A DNA stretch of 54,025 nucleotides from an uncultured Spirochaetia bacterium (GTDB taxonomy: Bacteria; Oederibacteriota; PGYV01; CAYTNY01). Positions 53,061 to 54,025 of this stretch are shown piece by piece. How positions within the stretch are numbered: position 1 is the first letter of the stretch; each line of letters begins with the position of its first letter. The stretch lies in contig CAYTNY010000003.1 of the NCBI GenBank assembly GCA_964439215.1, positions 1-54,025 of the forward strand, in the 5' to 3' direction. The position numbers were made by a program, and so were the translations under genes. Below the pieces are notes generated by a model, which was not told where the DNA came from, ran no database searches, and was given only the letters and a program-made list of their open reading frames with translations.

Positions 53061-54025
53061 AAACCGCGGAACTTTATGAATCCCGCAATTATCCGGAATA
53101 GGCGAAGGTAAGGGATAAAAAGCATCAGAAAGAAAACCTGCAGGAAAGGCTTGAATTCAAATTTCTTTTTTCTGAGCAGCGAGAAGAGCGTAACCGCAAA
53201 AGAAGAAGCATAAAGAAAAAGCCCGGCCAAAAGCCAAAAAGAAGAGTCTGAAACAAAATAAATAACCAGAAAAACGGGTAAAGTATAATAACCCCAGTAA
53301 TACACGGGAAAAAACCATTCTTCCCGCCAGAAAAGTTTTTTAAAAAACAAGCCGGAGTGTTTTTTGAAAAGCAGCGGCTCGAAAAAACCGAACTTTGCGT
53401 TTTTGAAAAGGCTTTTGTAAGAATTTTTCCTTGGCGGATGCAGAACTTTTATTTCAGGTGCAAATTTAAATTTTGCTCCTGCTGTTATGGCGCTGAAAGC
53501 AAGATCAGTGTCTTCTCTGTTTGCCATATTAAAGCGTTCGTCAAACCCGCCGATTTTATGAAACAGTTCTCTTTTATAAAAAATATTGCAGGTTATGTAC
53601 CTTCCTCCGGTTGTATTCTGCGTAATATGCGTAAACAGGGGGAATGGACCCTTATCCGGACAGATCACGGCTCCTTCAAGGACATCGGTTTCCGGATGTT
53701 TTTTAAAATATTTTAAGACCTTTTCAACAAAACCGCCGGGCACGATAATATCGCTGTCAAGAAAACCGAGAATTTCCCCGCAGGCTGCTTTTACGCCTGT
53801 GTTTCTCGCGGCTCCGGGCCCGGCGTTTTTTTGTTTTATGTATTTTAGTTCTTTGTGTTTTTTGGCGAGTTTTTTTACGGTGTTTTCTGTGTTGTCGGTG
53901 GAGCCGTCGTCAACTACTATTATTTCAGCCTGTTTCCTGTCATATTTCTGCGAAAGAAGAGATTCAAGCATTGTTTTAAGATGATGCGCGTGGTTGTAAG
54001 CGGGTATTATTATTGAAAGTTTTTT
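53057..54025 (-). CDS. GT2 glycosyltransferase (5' end beyond the window)
   Basis: Frame open to the edge: SIIIPAYN, VVDDGSTD, GPGAARN, FLDSD, GGFDERF, EDTDL. Confidence 0.9.
   Translation of the reverse strand, partial: KKLSIIIPAYNHAHHLKTMLESLLSQKYDRKQAEIIVVDDGSTDNTENTVKKLAKKHKELKYIKQKNAGPGAARNTGVKAACGEILGFLDSDIIVPGGFVEKVLKYFKKHPETDVLEGAVICPDKGPFPLFTHITQNTTGGRYITCNIFYKRELFHKIGGFDERFNMANREDTDLAFSAITAGAKFKFAPEIKVLHPPRKNSYKSLFKNAKFGFFEPLLFKKHSGLFFKKLFWREEWFFPVYYWGYYTLPVFLVIYFVSDSSFWLLAGLFLYASSFAVTLFSLLRKKKFEFKPFLQVFFLMLFIPYLRLFRIIAGFIKFRGF

Overview
A gene-dense, AT-rich bacterial chromosomal segment of about 50 CDSs, mostly on the + strand. I saw no transposases, phage genes, CRISPR arrays, rRNA or tRNA genes. 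Core loci, in order: dciA-remB-gyrB; a CRP/HAD/adenylate cyclase trio; a large Alu-containing SRP RNA before dnaX-ybaB-recR; divergent hsp20/clpB; lepB-hemW-proA-nadD; rpsU-yqeY-mpg-NIF3-yqxD-dnaG-rpoD; and a surface-glycan cluster (GT9, methyltransferases, GT4, GT-C, ligase-like, flippase, GT2) interrupted by mntR-feoA. The most notable system is a compact minus-strand operon, pgsA-ino1-patA-pimA-patA2-PHP. It resembles actinobacterial phosphatidylinositol-mannoside (PIM) synthesis but sits in a low-GC, apparently diderm, non-actinobacterial host, and adds a second acyltransferase and a candidate PIP phosphatase. Other signals outside the ORF track are back-to-back sigma54 promoters with phased TGT-N11-ACA sites between hsp20 and clpB, a DnaA-box cluster with an AT-rich tract away from dnaA, and a decayed GTP-PEPCK remnant. 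All assignments come from recognising motifs by eye; no searches were run.
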